Shown here: positions 19,016-29,010 of the stretch, one piece after another | How the letters are laid out: each line of letters starts with the position of its first letter | Position numbering within the stretch: position 1 is the first letter of the stretch | Source: Thermoproteota archaeon | GTDB taxonomy: Archaea > Korarchaeota > JAOZGF01 > JAOZFZ01 | Direction of reading: 5' to 3' | Assembly (NCBI GenBank): GCA_027492035.1 | Contig: JAOZFT010000035.1 | Coordinates: forward strand, 1 to 64,000 | DNA length: 64,000 bases | The notes under the pieces: model-generated | Databases searched by the model: none | The model's input: the letters and a program-made list of their open reading frames with translations, nothing else | Told to the model about the DNA's origin: nothing | Program-made: the position numbers and the translations under genes

Positions 19016-20146
19016 CTAGGTTACAGTTATCTCTTTCGTTTCTTCATCAAGTAAATGTTCTCTATAGTATAGTGAGAAATGTAAATTCCATCTACCTTTC
19101 ATTCTGGGGAACACAGGAAACTTTACTATTCTTTCTTCTCCAGGTTTTAAGTAAATTATTTGTGTTTGTTCAGGAGTTAATTCTTTACTTCCTTGAAGAA
19201 GTACTGTAAAGTCGCCGTCGATCTCTCCTATGTTTTTAACAGTTGCTGAAATAACAATCCTTACAGTTTGTTTAATAGTGGATGGGGTATTGAGTTTTTC
19301 AATTTCTCCCTTAACTTGTTTAAGAACGTAAGGGTATTCCCCGAACCTAGGTAGCTTCGCTTTAATGATGTAAGTGTCAGGGGCTTGAATGGAGTTGGAA
19401 TTCTCCCATAAAAGGAAACCTTGTGAAATAGTTGTTTTAGGCTTACTTGCTTCTTTAGGAATAACTGAGTAACCTAGAATTTCTGTTTCACCAGACCATG
19501 TGATGTTTACTAAATCTATCCATGAAGCAGGGTTTTGTTTAGTGTAGAAATCATCTATATATATTTCAAAGGTTTTGTTGCTGATTTCTTTAACGTTAGG
19601 CGACTCTGTAAAAATTACAGCTATTCTTGTAACCCATGCCCCTTTATACTCATCAAAAACTCCATCAGAATTTTTGTCATAAAACGTCTCAAGTGAATCA
19701 TCTGCATGGAAGGGTTCAAGTAAAACATAGTTTACGTTTTCTTTGGGGTTTACTGAAAAGAGTAGACACGACTCCTTTATTAAATCCCTATCTATTTCTC
19801 CTATCTCTCGAACTAAACTTTTTTGAACAGGCCATAGATCTCCACCATCCAAAGTTATTGGGTGCTGCCTCATTTCAATTACAGCAACTCCATCATCTTT
19901 AAGAGTAATGAGGACATTAAGTAATATAGCCCAGTTCTCAGGCACTCCTGTAGGATGTGTGGGACTAGGTGGAATTGTAGTAGGTGAAGGCGTTATGGTG
20001 GAAGGTGTTGTAGGTGAAGCTGTGGCGGGAGAGGGGGGAGTAGGTGAAGAAGTGGGTGTAGGTGGCAAATGAATTTGTTTGTAAAACCAAAGGAATCCCA
20101 CTACCACTGCAAGTATTATAAGTAATGCACTTATTTCTTTTTTCAT
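19016..20146 (-). CDS. Membrane-anchored extracellular protein with Pro/Thr/Ser linker and C-terminal CARDB/Ig-like domain
   Basis: N-terminal TM helix, PTPTSSPTPPSP linker, VKNIGEIDG...LKPGEERIVKF pattern; ATGA overlap with upstream gene. Confidence 0.7.
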   Translation of the reverse strand: MKKEISALLIILAVVVGFLWFYKQIHLPPTPTSSPTPPSPATASPTTPSTITPSPTTIPPSPTHPTGVPENWAILLNVLITLKDDGVAVIEMRQHPITLDGGDLWPVQKSLVREIGEIDRDLIKESCLLFSVNPKENVNYVLLEPFHADDSLETFYDKNSDGVFDEYKGAWVTRIAVIFTESPNVKEISNKTFEIYIDDFYTKQNPASWIDLVNITWSGETEILGYSVIPKEASKPKTTISQGFLLWENSNSIQAPDTYIIKAKLPRFGEYPYVLKQVKGEIEKLNTPSTIKQTVRIVISATVKNIGEIDGDFTVLLQGSKELTPEQTQIIYLKPGEERIVKFPVFPRMKGRWNLHFSLYYREHLLDEETKEITVT

Positions 20147-21198
20147 TTCTTTAATACCTCCAATTTGAACTTGACTCCTTCTACTTCACAAACAGTTGCT
20201 TGAGCAACTGCACCAACTCCTACAGGTCTAAGCTTCTTTCCTTCTATACCGAAAATTATGTGGTTGTTTTGGTAGTTTCCTATTCTAGGTGTAGGTGCAT
20301 AAACTAATAATTCAATGTCGAACCATCCTGTAGGATGAAGATATATTTGAGGCCAGGCGTGGCCAGTCCAGTTTTCATTGCTTGTAGAATTTTCGTAATA
20401 GGAAATAATGGGGTTTCCTATGTAAACTAAGCCTTGAACTGTTCTGGCAGGTATGCTTTGTATTCTGCATAAAGTTATAATTACGTCCGCGAATTCGTCA
20501 CAAACTCCGTATACAATTAACCCTCTATCAGTTTTTTTAATAGCTCTCCCAGCTCCTAACCTGTTGCTTGCGGTGATACTATTTAATTCATAGTCCCCAT
20601 GTTCATGAACCCACCAGGCTATGCTCTCTAAAATTTTGTAAGGATTATCTTTACCTCTTCCTAAATCTGAAGAAATCTGCCTCAATGTTTCGTTATGAAT
20701 AGGCCAGAATTGGGTTTCTTGAAGATATTTCCTAGCTATCGCTAACGGTGCATAGGCAGCATCCTCAACTGGAAAATTCATTTTGTAGCTTGAAACCTTT
20801 ACCCTATATCTTGCTTCTATACTGACCCTTTGTTTAGGTTCTATATTCTTCAAATTTACTACGGCATAAACATTACTATCTACGTCAGTAACTATACGTG
20901 TAGGTCTAGGGTTCATTGAAACAAAGTAGGACTTTTGGTAAAAGGAGTAGTTTAGTGGTAGATTAATGTATATGAAATCGTTTTCAACGGTTTCGTTTCC
21001 AGCGTTATAAACAGTATACGTTGCATCTATATTATACTCTACAGTCTCTCCTTCGCTGAAATAGCTCGTAACTCCTTCTAAGTCTACTTTTTCTTGAAAA
21101 GAAGAAAAAATAGAGTATGAAGAAATTAAGAGCAACAAAATAATTGGAAGAAGTAGCAACTTTTTCCCTAAAAATTTTCTCTTCAAAACGTTCCACAC
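20143..21198 (-). CDS. Secreted or anchored transglutaminase-like domain protein
   Basis: Signal/TM anchor; Cys-His-Asp triad GVCDEFA, HAW, WFD; IPARTVQG. Confidence 0.85.
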   Translation of the reverse strand: MWNVLKRKFLGKKLLLLPIILLLLISSYSIFSSFQEKVDLEGVTSYFSEGETVEYNIDATYTVYNAGNETVENDFIYINLPLNYSFYQKSYFVSMNPRPTRIVTDVDSNVYAVVNLKNIEPKQRVSIEARYRVKVSSYKMNFPVEDAAYAPLAIARKYLQETQFWPIHNETLRQISSDLGRGKDNPYKILESIAWWVHEHGDYELNSITASNRLGAGRAIKKTDRGLIVYGVCDEFADVIITLCRIQSIPARTVQGLVYIGNPIISYYENSTSNENWTGHAWPQIYLHPTGWFDIELLVYAPTPRIGNYQNNHIIFGIEGKKLRPVGVGAVAQATVCEVEGVKFKLEVLKK

Positions 21199-21493
21199 CT
21201 TTACCTTTAGTTTCCATCATTTTTCTACAAAAAACTTTTACAAAAATAATCCTTTGAAAAATAAATGTTTAAAGCTTCTCCCTTTAAAAAAATTAATAAG
21301 TATCATTCTTCACTTATTCTTTTGGTGGAAATTCTTTAGGAACTTTTTTCAAGAAGAGTTTAGGAGGTTGCCGTATTTTTCAGCTTTTTAAGTTTTTGAG
21401 TATTTGTTGTATTCACAGTTACTCTAGGACTGTTAAAACCTTTATTTTGTAGGTTCACTTTTATCTTTCAAAAAAAGTTCTTTTAAATAATTA

Positions 21494-22246
21494 GTGAGTG
21501 GTGTAATGTTGGAAATAAGGGTTGGATGTTGCGGTTTTTGTTTGCCTCAAGAGAAGTTTTTCCGTAAATTTAAACTTGTTGAGGTGCAGAAAACTTTTTA
21601 TAAACCTCCTAAGGAGGAAACTGCTAAGAAATGGAGAAATTTGGCTCCTGACAGTTTTGAGTTCACTCTTAAAGCTTGGCAGCTGATAACTCACCCAAGT
21701 AGCAGCCCAACTTGGAGAAAAGCTAAACTAAAAATTCCTGTTGAGGAAGAAAAATTTTATGGCCTCTTCAAACCAACTGTTCAAGTGTTTAATGCATGGA
21801 AGAAAACCTTAGCTATAGCTAAAATTTTGAAAACTAAAGTAGTAGTTTTTCAAACACCCCCAAGTTTCACTCCTTCAGAGGAAAACATAAAAAATTTAGA
21901 TGATTTCTTTAAAAAAATAGATAGGAACGGGTTGATTTTAGGTTTTGAGCCTCGAGGAAAATGGGTTAAAGAACCTGACTTAATAAGGGAAGTTTGTTCA
22001 AGAAATAAATTACTTCATGTAACTGACTTGTTTTTCTCAATGCCCGTAACTAAGGCAGATACTGTCTATACAAGGCTTCACGGTTTAGGGAAAAGGAAAT
22101 ATTATTATGACTACACTACTGCAGACTTGAAAAAACTTCTAGAAATAATAGAGAGCATTGAAGCAAAGAGGTTCTATATTCTGTTTAATAATGTTCAAAT
22201 GTGTAGTTCAGCTAAAAAGTTCTTGGATCTATTGTTTAAACAATAA
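21494..22246 (+). CDS. DUF72 family protein
   Basis: VGCCGF, VEVQKTFY, KAWQLITH, FQTPPSF, FEPR, RLHG, FNN. Confidence 0.9.
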   Translation: MSGVMLEIRVGCCGFCLPQEKFFRKFKLVEVQKTFYKPPKEETAKKWRNLAPDSFEFTLKAWQLITHPSSSPTWRKAKLKIPVEEEKFYGLFKPTVQVFNAWKKTLAIAKILKTKVVVFQTPPSFTPSEENIKNLDDFFKKIDRNGLILGFEPRGKWVKEPDLIREVCSRNKLLHVTDLFFSMPVTKADTVYTRLHGLGKRKYYYDYTTADLKKLLEIIESIEAKRFYILFNNVQMCSSAKKFLDLLFKQ

Positions 22247-22387
22247 CCCTAAATTCTTCTCTCAAAATCTTTCCCTTCAATTTCCTTTAAGATTAAAGAG
22301 AAAGATTAGATGCTGAATTCTTAATGTAAAGAAGTAGGATTTTATTTATCTACCTCTTCACACTATTTACCCTTTTTCAAAAAGGTT

Positions 22388-23299
22388 TTATTTTGCAAAA
22401 ACTAGGTTTATAACATCTAAAATATTTGACACTTCCACTACTTCTATGTTGTAGCCTTTTTCTTTTAGGTAGTCTTGTAAATTAACAGTTACTACTTTGT
22501 ACTTGATAATTTTTAACCCAGGAATTATTTCTGTTTCATGAGGGACAAGTTTACGTATTTTTCCTTGGCCTTCAGGTACAAGGAACAATTTTCCTCCTCT
22601 CTCAGCTGCAGCTACAGCTTTTTCAGTTACTCCACCAACTTGACCAATTGAGCCGTCTTTTTCAATTGTACCTGTGCAAAAAACATCTTTTCTCATCTCT
22701 TTATTTTCAACTGTTGCAATTATTGCTGCTGTTAAAATTGCTCCTGCACTTGGCCCATCTACAACCTCTATTTTTTCATTTGAAGAAATAGAAACCACTA
22801 TGTCTATGTTACTGAATTTCCTACCTGTCACTTTCTCAGCTACTTCTTTTGCTGCTTCTAAACTGTTTTGTAAGTCTATGCCAACCTTTGGCTGAATATT
22901 AGTTAGAATTCTTCCTTCGCCATTTATGATTTCGATTTCAGCTTGCAACACATGCCCCACGTATTTATACTCGAAAAAACCTGCAGGCTCCATTGAAACA
23001 GCTACAAGGTTTACTGTTTTAGAGCCTAAAACATTTCCGTGAGTTGAAACATTTACTGTGTTATATTTCTTTCTGTAATACTCCAAAGATTTCTTTGTCA
23101 ACTGTAAAGTTTCATTAAGTACCTCAACTTGCTTTTTTAATAAGTTATTTTCCTTTGACAACCTGTTTAATTCATTTTTCAATGTTTCAATCTGAATTTC
23201 TGAAGCAGGATTTGCTTGAGTTGATTTGTAAAGTTCTACAGAAAGGAAAATGTTAAGTATCAAACTTAGTGTAAGTATTAAATAAGCAACTTTTTTCAA
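22388..23299 (-). CDS. Membrane-anchored Lon-type (S16) protease domain protein without AAA+ module
   Basis: TM helix plus coiled coil, then DGPSAG (Ser) and TGTIEKDGSIGQVGGVTEK (Lys). Confidence 0.85.
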   Translation of the reverse strand: MKKVAYLILTLSLILNIFLSVELYKSTQANPASEIQIETLKNELNRLSKENNLLKKQVEVLNETLQLTKKSLEYYRKKYNTVNVSTHGNVLGSKTVNLVAVSMEPAGFFEYKYVGHVLQAEIEIINGEGRILTNIQPKVGIDLQNSLEAAKEVAEKVTGRKFSNIDIVVSISSNEKIEVVDGPSAGAILTAAIIATVENKEMRKDVFCTGTIEKDGSIGQVGGVTEKAVAAAERGGKLFLVPEGQGKIRKLVPHETEIIPGLKIIKYKVVTVNLQDYLKEKGYNIEVVEVSNILDVINLVFAK

Positions 23300-23389
23300 T
23301 GAGATCCCCCTGTTAAATTAAAAAATTAAGAAGAACCTTTTTAAGATTTAATATCTAAACTGCGCCATTGAAACATGAAGGGAAGTTTT

Positions 23390-24298
23390 TCAAATATTTA
23401 ATTCAAGCACTTCTTCAATTTTTTCTTTCCTGAAAACCAGCATTTTTGGTTTGCATTCAGGGTAAAACCTACAGGAGAAAATACTTACTAACTTCCCGTC
23501 AAAAAAATATTTTATGCAGGGTGGGAAGTATTCATGGGCCCTAATTAAAAAGCTTAACTTATTTTTTTCCATGAATCTTTTAAACGTTTCACGGCCAAAA
23601 TACATTATTCCAGGCCCTCTTATGCTTGGTGAAAATGTTCCAACGTATTCTTTAGGGTCGTTCCATAAAATCTGAAGGGCTTTCTTGTTGGAAGGCATTA
23701 AATCTCCTTTACTGAACGAGTTTATTTCTTCTACTTCTTTCAGGTTTTCAGGGATCCCTCCATGTAAACCTAAAACTTTATCATTTAAAAGAACAACGTA
23801 TGGCATAAATGAAAATGTTTCATTGTACTCCTTGTAAGTTTCAGCGTCGTATTGCCTCAAGATTTCCTTAAAGAACCCGTAATATTTGTTTGCTAAGGGA
23901 CTTTCATGGTTTCCTCTCAAAAGAATTATTTTTTTGGGAGCTAAAATTTTGGCAGCTAACAATAAATTAATGTTTTCTATTTGTTCAGGTCCTCTATCTA
24001 CATAGTCTCCCAGAAAAACAATTTTTCCTTTGTCAGTTGCAAAAATTTTCTTCAAAGCCCATTTCGAAGTTTGGAAGTCCCCATGAGTGTCTCCTATGAA
24101 GAAAGTTTTTTCTGATTTAATTTCGAGGAGCTGTTTCTCGTGTTGAAAGATTTTTTTAGAGAGCTTTAATAGCTCCAACAAGTCCTTTCTCTTCAGAAAT
24201 TCACCCTTCCATGCTTTAATGAACATTTCTTTGTTAATTACTACATTTCCAGTTTCTGCAACATTTTTCTCCCAAATTTCTTCTGCTTCCTTACTCAT
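23390..24298 (-). CDS. PPP-family Ser/Thr protein phosphatase
   Basis: GDTHG, GDYVDRG, LRGNHE, HGG, LWNDP, IRAHE. Confidence 0.92.
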   Translation of the reverse strand: MSKEAEEIWEKNVAETGNVVINKEMFIKAWKGEFLKRKDLLELLKLSKKIFQHEKQLLEIKSEKTFFIGDTHGDFQTSKWALKKIFATDKGKIVFLGDYVDRGPEQIENINLLLAAKILAPKKIILLRGNHESPLANKYYGFFKEILRQYDAETYKEYNETFSFMPYVVLLNDKVLGLHGGIPENLKEVEEINSFSKGDLMPSNKKALQILWNDPKEYVGTFSPSIRGPGIMYFGRETFKRFMEKNKLSFLIRAHEYFPPCIKYFFDGKLVSIFSCRFYPECKPKMLVFRKEKIEEVLELNI

Positions 24299-24361
24299 TT
24301 CTCAAACTTCTCCTCACAAAACCTGTACAACCGCAAGAACTTAACTTTTCTGCCTAAATTA

Positions 24362-25120
24362 TTATTCAAATAAGGAAGAACTATTTCCCCAGAGGTAGTT
24401 AAAGTACTGTTTGGCTATTGTAGTTAAACCTATATGTTTAGACCAAACTGCCAAGTATCCCTCTTTTCCTTTTCTTCCAAGTAAGAGGATAACTTCTTTA
24501 TTGTCTGAAATTAAGCCTCCACCGAAAATGACTTCGACGTATTTTGTTTCAATAGTTTTTAATTGGTTTGTTACTTCCTTTATGTTCTTTTTTATCGTCA
24601 TTAGTTTCACTTTAACCTTATTTTTTTCTGAGGTTTTTAATGCTTCAATTATTGGTTCAACCATTTCTTTGGTGGAGTAAGGCAGGGCTAAAAGTATTTC
24701 TTCCTTTGAGTTTAGAATTATTTCTTGAGTTTTAGCCAATATGTTATGTTTCCCTCTCAATATCCATATTTCAGGTTTCTCCTTTGATTCAACCCTTTGA
24801 AAAATCGGTTGCAGCTCTTTAACCACAATTTCTCCTGCTTCTCTAAGTTCATCTTTCACTTTAAGCAATTGTACCCTTGCAGCTTCAGATGGAGGTTTTG
24901 GGAAGTAATTTGAAGGCCGTGATTCGTCACAATTAACCCAGCCCTTTTTTTCCAGTCTACCTAACACTTCATAAACTTTAGAGTATGGAATACCTGCTTT
25001 TTCACTTATTTCTTTAGCTGTTAAAGGTCTATTTTTAAGCAATGAAACATAGGCCTTCTGTTCATAACTTGTTAATCCAAGCTTTGAAAGAGCCCATTCT
25101 AATCCTTTGTTCCTCTTCAT
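24362..25120 (-). CDS. TrmB family transcriptional regulator
   Basis: LGLTSYEQKAY...GIPYSKVYEVLGRLEKKGWV winged HTH plus C-terminal effector domain. Confidence 0.92.
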   Translation of the reverse strand: MKRNKGLEWALSKLGLTSYEQKAYVSLLKNRPLTAKEISEKAGIPYSKVYEVLGRLEKKGWVNCDESRPSNYFPKPPSEAARVQLLKVKDELREAGEIVVKELQPIFQRVESKEKPEIWILRGKHNILAKTQEIILNSKEEILLALPYSTKEMVEPIIEALKTSEKNKVKVKLMTIKKNIKEVTNQLKTIETKYVEVIFGGGLISDNKEVILLLGRKGKEGYLAVWSKHIGLTTIAKQYFNYLWGNSSSLFE

Positions 25121-25162
25121 TATTTTCCACCTTTTTCACCTTATTTTTTGTTTGGAAATTTT

Positions 25163-25172
25163 TTTATATAAA
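25163..25172. promoter_or_regulatory. Palindromic TATA element TTTATATAAA between divergent trmB and tes
   Basis: Perfect 10-bp palindrome near the middle of the 87-bp intergenic region. Confidence 0.5.
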
Positions 25173-25207
25173 TGAATTCCTTTGTTACCACTTTAAGGGG
25201 GAAATAA

Positions 25208-26740
25208 ATGAAACTTGAAGAAGAATTAATTAAACCCGGCGACCAATTCATCAAAAAAACAGTGAGCCTCTGCCCAGTTTGTTCAGCCAGAATAGAAGCA
25301 GTTATCTTCCACAGAGACAACAAAGTTTACATGAGGAAGAAATGCCCTGAACATGGTGTTTTCGAAGAAATCTACTGGGCTGACTACAAACTATGGAAGG
25401 AGTACTTAAAATACGATTATGTCGGAGACGGGTTAAGTAACCCCCGCACTAAAACAATTAAGGGATGCCCCTTTGACTGCGGCATATGTCCTGAACATAA
25501 GTCCCACACCGTACTTGGAATAATAGACATAACTAATAGATGTAACATGAAATGCCCTATATGCTTCGCAAATGCAGCTAGGGCTGGTTACGTTTATGAA
25601 CCTAGCCTGGAAGAAATAGAAGAAATGATTAAGAACCTAAGAAAGAACTCTCCTGTCTCAACAACTGCTTTACAACTTAGCGGAGGAGAACCTACGGTTA
25701 GGGATGACTTGCCAGAAATAATCAGGACAGCTAAAAAACACGGGCTCAGTCACGTGGAAGTAAACACTAACGGTATAAGATTTGCTAAAGACATTGCTTT
25801 CTACCATGAATGTTTCAAAGCAGGAATGTCAACTGTTTATTTACAGTTTGATTCCTTGAAACCTGAAGTCTATGAAAAACTTCGAGGTTTTAACGTTCTT
25901 CCCTACAAACTAAAACTTTTAGAAAACGCTAGGAAAATAAAGCATGGAAGCATTGTTTTAGTTGTAACCTTAGCTAAGGGAGTTAATGACGAAGAAATTG
26001 GAGAAATTATTCGTTTCGCTGCTGAAAACAAAGATGTTATAAGGGCAATTAATGTCCAGCCTATTTCTTTTTCAGGGGCTGCTAAAAAAGAAGAAATGAA
26101 GAAAATGAGGATCACTATACCTGAATTTCTTAAATTAGTTGAGAAGGAGACAAATGGCAAAATAAAGGTTTCAGATTTCCGAGCTATACCTTGGACTTTA
26201 CCCGTGTCTAAATCGGTGGGGGCTTTAAAAAACAGGAAATATCCTGAATTCACAAACCATCCTCACTGTGGTGCAGCCACCTTCATAGTTGTTGAAGACA
26301 ATGGCGAAATAAATCCCATCACAAAGTATGTGGACGTAGATAAATTCTACGATATACTTTGGGACGTTTATAACTTGGCAATCGAGGGTAAGAAATTTAA
26401 GGCCAAGCTCAATATGTTAAAAATTGTAAAGACGGTTAAGGGAGGGCTGTTCCGCAGATTCCTATTGGATATATTGACATCAGGAACCTATGAGGCGTTG
26501 GCTAAACTAATGAATAAATTGATCATGATCGGTTGCATGCATTTTATGGATGCTTGGAACTTCGATTTAGAAAGGGTGCAACGCTGCACAATACATTATG
26601 CTACTGTAGATGGGAGAATAATTCCCTTCTGTACAATGAATACTTTACATCGTGAACCTTACGAAAAAATGTACAGTGTGAAACCTGAAATCTGGCTGGA
26701 AAGAAACAGGGAAAAGGAATTAACTCCTTCCATTACCTAA
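25208..26740 (+). CDS. tes: Tetraether lipid synthase (radical SAM, GDGT macrocyclase)
   Basis: N-terminal CPVC...CPEHG, CPFDCGICPEH, radical SAM CNMKCPIC, C-terminal CMHFMDAWNFDLERVQRC...IIPFC; 510 aa. Confidence 0.88.
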   Translation: MKLEEELIKPGDQFIKKTVSLCPVCSARIEAVIFHRDNKVYMRKKCPEHGVFEEIYWADYKLWKEYLKYDYVGDGLSNPRTKTIKGCPFDCGICPEHKSHTVLGIIDITNRCNMKCPICFANAARAGYVYEPSLEEIEEMIKNLRKNSPVSTTALQLSGGEPTVRDDLPEIIRTAKKHGLSHVEVNTNGIRFAKDIAFYHECFKAGMSTVYLQFDSLKPEVYEKLRGFNVLPYKLKLLENARKIKHGSIVLVVTLAKGVNDEEIGEIIRFAAENKDVIRAINVQPISFSGAAKKEEMKKMRITIPEFLKLVEKETNGKIKVSDFRAIPWTLPVSKSVGALKNRKYPEFTNHPHCGAATFIVVEDNGEINPITKYVDVDKFYDILWDVYNLAIEGKKFKAKLNMLKIVKTVKGGLFRRFLLDILTSGTYEALAKLMNKLIMIGCMHFMDAWNFDLERVQRCTIHYATVDGRIIPFCTMNTLHREPYEKMYSVKPEIWLERNREKELTPSIT

Positions 26741-26793
26741 CTTAATTTCCTTTCTTTTTTCTTGTTTCAAGAAATAGGTTCCATGAAATTTGT

Positions 26794-26994
26794 TCATTGA
26801 GAAACAATTTTTGCAACTTCAATCTTCAATCCTTCAATAAAATTTTTAAAGGAGGAAAACAACTTGCTCAATAATGACTTAACACTTTGAAAAACAGTTT
26901 TTACAGGTTCCTCCACTGCTGAAAAGAAAAAAATTAAGAAAACCAGAAAAACGAAGAGAGTTAAGAGCATTTTCTCCATACTTCTAGAAAACAA
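26794..26994 (-). CDS. Small protein with hydrophobic N-terminal helix, possible pilin
   Basis: 66 aa; hydrophobic helix followed by an amphipathic helix; divergent from the pilus ATPase. Confidence 0.45.
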   Translation of the reverse strand: MFSRSMEKMLLTLFVFLVFLIFFFSAVEEPVKTVFQSVKSLLSKLFSSFKNFIEGLKIEVAKIVSQ

Positions 26995-27117
26995 TTCCCT
27001 TTCCTTTAAAAGTTTTACTTCAAAAAAATCCTTTGAAGTAAAAATTAAGGGTTCTTTATTTCCTTTACAACAACAAAAACACTGTCTTCACCTTGTTTTG
27101 AGGAAAGGATTCAGGAA

Positions 27118-29010
27118 ATGATTACTCTAAATTGCCGTTGCAAGGAAATAGCTGACCCAGCTAAATGTGTGAAATGCATCATCCAAGAATTTCTTTTGCA
27201 CCCCAACAAGTTTAATTCGTCACAGATATTGTTAAAAGGTGAAAATTTTGCCTTTACAGTAAACATAAGCTACTTAACTGATTTCTTAAATAAAACAAGT
27301 AAAGAAATACTTAAAATAAAGGGGAAAGACAGAGAATTAGTTAAACCTATTTATGAACTAATTAAGGGAAATCCTTTAAAAGGGGTTCAGGCGCTTCAAT
27401 ACTTTTCAAAAAGGTACAAAATCTACAAAAAACTACTTAAGAAAGCAAAAAAAACAATTCTCTACAAGAAATTCTTTAAAAAATATGAAGAGAAGGGAGT
27501 AATCATTTATGAAGAAGTGCTCCAAAGAAGAATTCTGGAAAGAAACAATGAACCTCAACCTTTAACCAAACCAAACGGTTTAAATTTTCTTGAAACAAGG
27601 AAGAAAGGGCCATACATCTACAATTTTTACCTCACTGAAAACCAAGGAATTCACTTGCAGATAAAAAAGTTAACTGAAGTTTTGGGTTTAGACAAAGAGA
27701 AAATAAATAAGGTGAAAGAAGAACTAGAAAACTGTGAATTAGATTATTTAAACATGGATTTCAACCAAGTAATCGAGGCAAGAAAAGACCTCGCTAAGTC
27801 GCTTCTGCGTTTCTATTTCCCCCTTTTAAAAGAAGAGGAATTGGAAAATCTTTCGCTTGAATTAGCTGTTTCAAACACTAAAGTTGAAGAAATCTTCCCG
27901 CTTATCTTGAAAGGGAATGGAATAACCGAAATCTACGGTGTAAAAGGAAGAAACCTTTACATTGACCACGTAGACTTTGGAAGATGTCAACTTAATACAC
28001 TCTTGACTCAAGAATTAATAAATAAAATAGAGACTCTTATTCTGACTGAAAACTACAGCTTAATCAGTTTTAGACATCCAAGCATAAAAACAGACATTGA
28101 AAGCAAGTATTACCACTCTAGAATAAGCTATGATATCCCTCCCCTATCCAATTATGCACTAGACATAAGAAATTTGCATCTACAAGATTTAACAATTCCG
28201 AAACTTATAAATTTGGAAATGCTCACCTTGGAAGCAGCTGTTTTTCTTGTTTGGCTTGTTTGGAGCGGAACCTCAATTTTGATCACTGGACCGACAGGAG
28301 CTGGTAAAACAACACTAGCTAACTCATTGCTCCCTTTTCTGGGTTTCAAAAAAAGATTGATTTCTATTGAGGACTTAAGAGAAATAATGGATTTGAGCAG
28401 ATTCGGTGTCTTACATACCGCCTACGAAATCCCTCCTTTTGAAACTTTAAATGAAAAAGACAAATCTAAAGTTCTAGAAATATATAAAACCTTGTGGAGA
28501 AACCCTGATGTGGTTTACATAGGTGAGATACGTAGACCTGAAGAAATGGAAGCATTCCTTTTAAGTTTAGATAGCGGGATTCAAACCATAGCAACTGTCC
28601 ATTCATCAAATTTGGAGGAATTGGAGAGAAAAGTTAAGAGATGGGGGTATTATTTAACATTCCCTGAAAGCATAGTCGTGCTTTCTAAATTGAAAAGTGG
28701 GCACAAGGTACTTAGAAGAGTTTCTTCGATATACCACCCCACACAAGAAAAAATTCTCTGTAGTTTCAGGTGGGATAACAAACTACTGCAAACAGTTAAA
28801 ACAGAAGTAAACCTCTACGAAACAGCACCTTTGAAAAAAGTCAGGAAAAAAAGCTATTTATCAATTTTTGCCTTTAAAAAGGCGTTAACAACTATAAGGA
28901 ACTCTTTAATGGAGATGTCCCAGAAAAACCCAACTCCTGAAGAAATTTTAGTGAAAGTTAATGAGTGGGAGGGAAGAGTTTTTGAAAGGAGTTCAGTTTA
29001 TGCTAAGTAA
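27118..29010 (+). CDS. Type II/IV secretion or pilus assembly ATPase (TadA/VirB11/FlaI family)
   Basis: GPTGAGKT, Asp box SIEDLRE, NPDVVYIGEIR, His box TVHS; N-terminal Cys cluster. Confidence 0.88.
   Translation: MITLNCRCKEIADPAKCVKCIIQEFLLHPNKFNSSQILLKGENFAFTVNISYLTDFLNKTSKEILKIKGKDRELVKPIYELIKGNPLKGVQALQYFSKRYKIYKKLLKKAKKTILYKKFFKKYEEKGVIIYEEVLQRRILERNNEPQPLTKPNGLNFLETRKKGPYIYNFYLTENQGIHLQIKKLTEVLGLDKEKINKVKEELENCELDYLNMDFNQVIEARKDLAKSLLRFYFPLLKEEELENLSLELAVSNTKVEEIFPLILKGNGITEIYGVKGRNLYIDHVDFGRCQLNTLLTQELINKIETLILTENYSLISFRHPSIKTDIESKYYHSRISYDIPPLSNYALDIRNLHLQDLTIPKLINLEMLTLEAAVFLVWLVWSGTSILITGPTGAGKTTLANSLLPFLGFKKRLISIEDLREIMDLSRFGVLHTAYEIPPFETLNEKDKSKVLEIYKTLWRNPDVVYIGEIRRPEEMEAFLLSLDSGIQTIATVHSSNLEELERKVKRWGYYLTFPESIVVLSKLKSGHKVLRRVSSIYHPTQEKILCSFRWDNKLLQTVKTEVNLYETAPLKKVRKKSYLSIFAFKKALTTIRNSLMEMSQKNPTPEEILVKVNEWEGRVFERSSVYAK

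Noticed and set aside
20010-20025. 16-bp sequence whose reverse complement also occurs at 62621 and 62657
   Set aside because: All copies encode TASPT in low-complexity linkers; codon bias explains it
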